The position numbers and the translations under genes are program-made. A stretch of 64,000 nucleotides of DNA from Rhodanobacteraceae bacterium. GTDB lineage: Bacteria; Pseudomonadota; Gammaproteobacteria; Xanthomonadales; SZUA-5. Location: positions 320,861 through 384,860 of the forward strand of contig JADJPR010000022.1 of NCBI GenBank assembly GCA_016713135.1, written 5' to 3'. The number at the start of each line of letters is the position of its first letter. Position 1 is the stretch's first letter. Below, one piece after another: positions 61,003-64,000 of the stretch. The notes beneath the pieces were generated by a model that searched no databases, had not been told where the DNA came from, and saw nothing but the letters and a program-made list of their open reading frames with translations.

Positions 61003-61905
61003 ATGACCATGAGCACCGCCGTCGCCTTCGCCGATCGATCCCTGCCGGCACTCGCCCGCGAGGTGCTCGGCCTGTTCAAGCTGCGCATCGGCGTGCTGAT
61101 CACGGTGACCGCGATGGTCGGATTCGTGGCCACGCCGGGACATGCAGCGAAAGGTTGGCAGGTGCTGGTACTCGCATTGTCCACCCTGGTTGCCGCCGCC
61201 GCGGCAGGCGCCTTCAACCAGTATCACGAGCGCGAGATCGACCGCCTGATGGTGCGCACGCGTGGCCGGGCATTCGCCAACGGCACCTTCTCCGCCAGTC
61301 CGGGCTGGTTGCTGCTGATGGCCTCGATGCTGGCCAGCAGCCACCGCGGGCGCCTGGTTGCTGGTCAACCCGCTGGCGGCTGCCTTCGTTTTCCTCGGCG
61401 CTTTCTTCTACGGGGTGGTCTACACCGTGTGGCTGAAGCGGCGCAGCTGGAGCAACATCGTCATCGGCGGATTGTCCGGCAGCTTCGCCGTACTCGCGGG
61501 CGCGGCGGCGTCCGATCCAGCCCTCGGCCCGCTGCCCTGGTCGCTGGCGCTGGTGCTGTTCCTGTGGACCCCGCCGCATTTCTGGAGCCTGGCGATCGCC
61601 TTCCGCGACGACTACGCCGCCGCCGGCATCCCGATGCTGCCCGTCGTCGTCGGCACGCCACGCGCGGCGCGCATCGTGCACTGGAGCACGCTTGCACTGG
61701 TGGCGTCTTCGCTGTTGCCATGTGCTTTCGGCGCGGGGTGGATCTACTTGTCGGCGCCGCGGTGGGCGGCGGTCTGTTCCTGTACCGCTCGTATCGGCTG
61801 GCGCACATGCCGACGCGGCAGACCGCGATCGCCTGCTTCCTCGCGTCGCTGGTGCAACTTTGCCTGGTGCTCGGCGCGATCTGCCTCGATGTCGCGCTGA
61901 GATGA
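61003..61905 (+). pseudogene. ctaB: protoheme IX farnesyltransferase (heme O synthase); two compensating frameshifts as sequenced
   Basis: The frame-1 N-terminus (...GAFNQYHEREIDRLMVRTRGRA...) switches at about 61330-61345. The middle part, in frame 2, reads LVNPLAAAFVFLGAFFYGVVYTVWLKRRS...LWTPPHFWSLA. It returns to frame 1 at about 61748-61752 (VGAAVGGGLFLYRSYRL...). Confidence 0.85.
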
Positions 61906-62763
61906 ACCCGATGCGCAGCGGCCCGCGGCGTCGAGCTGGCCTTTGGGGGGTGCTGGCGCTGCTCGTTTGGCTTCCCTGCATGGCGCAGGAAGCGGTGACT
62001 GTCGAAGCCGCGCAGGCCTTCGGCCTGGACCAGGAACAGGCCATCCGCGCCAGCCAGGCGGCCGTCGGCATGACCCCCGGCAACTACCAGCTTGCGCAAC
62101 CGCGAGGGCGTGGCCATCCCGCTGTCGCAGTTCCGCGGCAAGCCGCTGCTGGTGAACTTCATCTACACCGGTTGCTTCAAGGTCTGCCCGACCAGTTCGC
62201 GCGCCCTCAAGCGCGCGGTCGATGCGATGCGCGACCGCTTCGGCCACGACCAGTTCAACGTGGTCAGCATCGGCTTCAACCAGCCCACCGATTCACCGAT
62301 GGCCCTGCGCGAGTTCGCCGCGCAGCAGCGCATTGTCGATCCGAACTGGGAGTTTCTCAGCCCGCGCGAGGATGACGTCGCTGCGCTGGCGCGCGATTTC
62401 GGCTTCAGTTTCATCGCCACGCCGATCGGCTTCGACCACACCCTGCAGGTCAGCATTCTCGACCCTGCAGGACGGATCTCGACCCAGGTGTACGGCGATG
62501 CCTTCGCCGCCGACTCGCTCGGCGAACCGCTCAAACGCCTGCTCGCCGGAACCCTGGTCAGCGAAACTGCGAGCATCGCCGACCTGGTCGACAAGGTGCG
62601 CATCCTCTGCTCGGTGTACGACCCGGTCACCGGCAAGTACCGGGTCAACTACGCGATGTATCTGGAGATCGCCGGTGGACTCACCTTCATCCTGGCGATG
62701 CTCGCCTTTGCCGCCAGCGAGTTGCGCGCGCGGCGTGCGGCCGCGCGGCCGCGCGCCGGCTGA
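61902..62763 (+). pseudogene. SCO1/SenC-like protein with a C-terminal transmembrane helix; one frameshift as sequenced
   Basis: The start overlaps the ctaB stop (atga at 61902-61905). The signal peptide and ...GNYQL join RNREGVAIPLSQFRGKPLLVNFIYTGCFKVCP... if one T is removed at 62092-62093. Confidence 0.75.
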
Positions 62764-62774
62764 GCGCGCAACAG

Positions 62775-64000
62775 ATGGCCGAGGTCCAGCCGACCTGGTC
62801 CCGCCTGGAACGCCGGCTGGACCGCTGGTTCCCGCCCGGCCGCAATCCCCTGCTTCACCTGGGCAGCCTCGCGTGCCTGATGCTGGCACTCGTCCTGCTC
62901 AGCGGGATCTACCTGTTCATCGTCTTCGACACCTCGGCAGCCGGCGCCTACCGCTCCATCGAGTCGCTGGCGCGCGAACAGCCCCTGGCGGGGGGCTGGC
63001 TGCGCAGCCTGCATCGCTACGCGGCGGACGCGATGTTCCTGTTCACCATCGCGCACCTCGCACGCGAGTGGGCGCTGGGACGTTACCGCCATTTCCGCCG
63101 GGTGACCTGGTGGACCGGCATCCCGCTGCTGCTGTTCCTGTACCTGGGCGGCATCGGCGGCTTCTGGCTCAACTGGGACCAGTTGGGCCAGTACTCGGCG
63201 CTCGCCAGCGCAGAGCTGATCGATGCCCTGCCCTTCCTCGGCGCCGGACTCAGCCGCCAGTTCATAGGGGTCGCAGCGGTGAGCGACCGGCTGTTCTCGC
63301 TGCTGATCTTCGTGCACATCGGGGTCGCGCTGCTGCTGGTGTTCGGCCTGTGGTTCCATTTGCAGCGACTCGGCTGGCCGGCGGTGCTGCCGCCGCGACG
63401 GTTGACCATCGGCTCACTCGCCATGCTGGGTCTGCTCGCGCTGCTGCAGCCCGTGCTCAGCCAGGTGCCTGCCGACCTGGCGCATGCCCCGACGACACTC
63501 GCCTTCGACTGGATCCTGCTGCACCTGCACCCGCTCGCCGAGGCCCTGACACCGGGCTGGGTCTGGCTGCTCCTGCTGATTGCCTTCGTGATCCTGGTGT
63601 TGCTGCCTTGGCGCGGTGGCAATGCGGCCCCGGTCGCGGCCGTTGTCGACCCCGACCACTGCAACGGCTGCCGCCGCTGCACGGTCGATTGTCCGTTCGG
63701 GGCGATCTCGCTGACCCTGCACCCGAACGGGAAAGCCGGCCAGCAACTGGCCGTGGTGGACGCCGAGCGCTGCGCCAGTTGCGGCATCTGCGCCGGTGCC
63801 TGCCCCACGTCCACGCCTTTCCGCCGCGACCAACGCCTGACGGCAGGCATCGACATGCCGCAACTGCCGGTGGACGCATTGCGCCAGCGCGTGCGCGCGG
63901 CGCTGGACGCCCTGCCGGACATGCACAAGGTGCTGGTGTTCGGATGCGACCAGGGCGCGGACCTCGCCGCCATGCGCAGCTCCGGGGCGGCCGGCATCAG
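62775..64000 (+). CDS. diheme cytochrome b domain fused to a 2x[4Fe-4S] ferredoxin and an MvhD/FlpD-like domain (3' end outside the window)
   Basis: Hand translation from the ATG at 62775 runs to the window end without a stop; this ORF is not in the supplied track. His pairs spaced 14 residues apart occur in LHRYAADAMFLFTIAHL and VHIGVALLLVFGLWFH. Ferredoxin motifs: CNGCRRCTVDCP and CASCGICAGACP. These are followed by VLVFGCDQGADL. Confidence 0.75.
   Translation, partial: MAEVQPTWSRLERRLDRWFPPGRNPLLHLGSLACLMLALVLLSGIYLFIVFDTSAAGAYRSIESLAREQPLAGGWLRSLHRYAADAMFLFTIAHLAREWALGRYRHFRRVTWWTGIPLLLFLYLGGIGGFWLNWDQLGQYSALASAELIDALPFLGAGLSRQFIGVAAVSDRLFSLLIFVHIGVALLLVFGLWFHLQRLGWPAVLPPRRLTIGSLAMLGLLALLQPVLSQVPADLAHAPTTLAFDWILLHLHPLAEALTPGWVWLLLLIAFVILVLLPWRGGNAAPVAAVVDPDHCNGCRRCTVDCPFGAISLTLHPNGKAGQQLAVVDAERCASCGICAGACPTSTPFRRDQRLTAGIDMPQLPVDALRQRVRAALDALPDMHKVLVFGCDQGADLAAMRSSGAAGI

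Overview
This is a visibly high-GC chromosomal window that looks gammaproteobacterial and Xanthomonadales-like; that placement is inferred from protein signatures only. No rRNA, tRNA or CRISPR array was recognised.

Layout:
- About 0-16.9 kb holds housekeeping and metabolic genes: the hutI 3' end, a small bTHX-like ribosomal protein, several flavoproteins, an M16 peptidase pair, a PQQ sugar dehydrogenase, an RluA-family synthase and a SAM methyltransferase.
- About 17-37 kb looks accessory. It contains a 253-bp MITE-like element and a 1513-aa orphan exported protein (TPR, coiled-coil and glycine-zipper regions). It also holds a TylF-type methyltransferase, a Tat-exported flavoprotein and a CGTase-like GH13 enzyme with CBM20. 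A minus-strand cluster follows: FG-GAP protein, 7TMR-DISM histidine kinase, LuxR regulator, TPR-CHAT protease and a signal-peptide protein.
- About 37-43 kb holds small conserved genes and acnA.
- About 43.9-54.7 kb is an 11-gene Hyb-type NiFe uptake hydrogenase plus hyp maturation operon on the minus strand. hypD and hypE are not in the window.
- About 54.9-64 kb starts with a divergent cytochrome c and hupE. It then carries a heme-copper oxidase module: a IIa-like peptide, a CuA subunit II, subunit I, ctaB, ctaA, two SCO proteins and a DUF420 protein.

Main findings:
- The oxidase catalytic subunit lacks the cross-linked tyrosine, which suggests an NO-reductase-like enzyme.
- The window ends in an ORF absent from the supplied track: a diheme cytochrome b fused to a 2x[4Fe-4S] ferredoxin and an MvhD-like domain.
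- At least 11 single-base frameshifts interrupt otherwise well-conserved genes. Where the site could be pinned down it is usually a short homopolymer. They are strongly concentrated in the respiratory modules.

All family calls come from motif recognition by eye; no searches were run.
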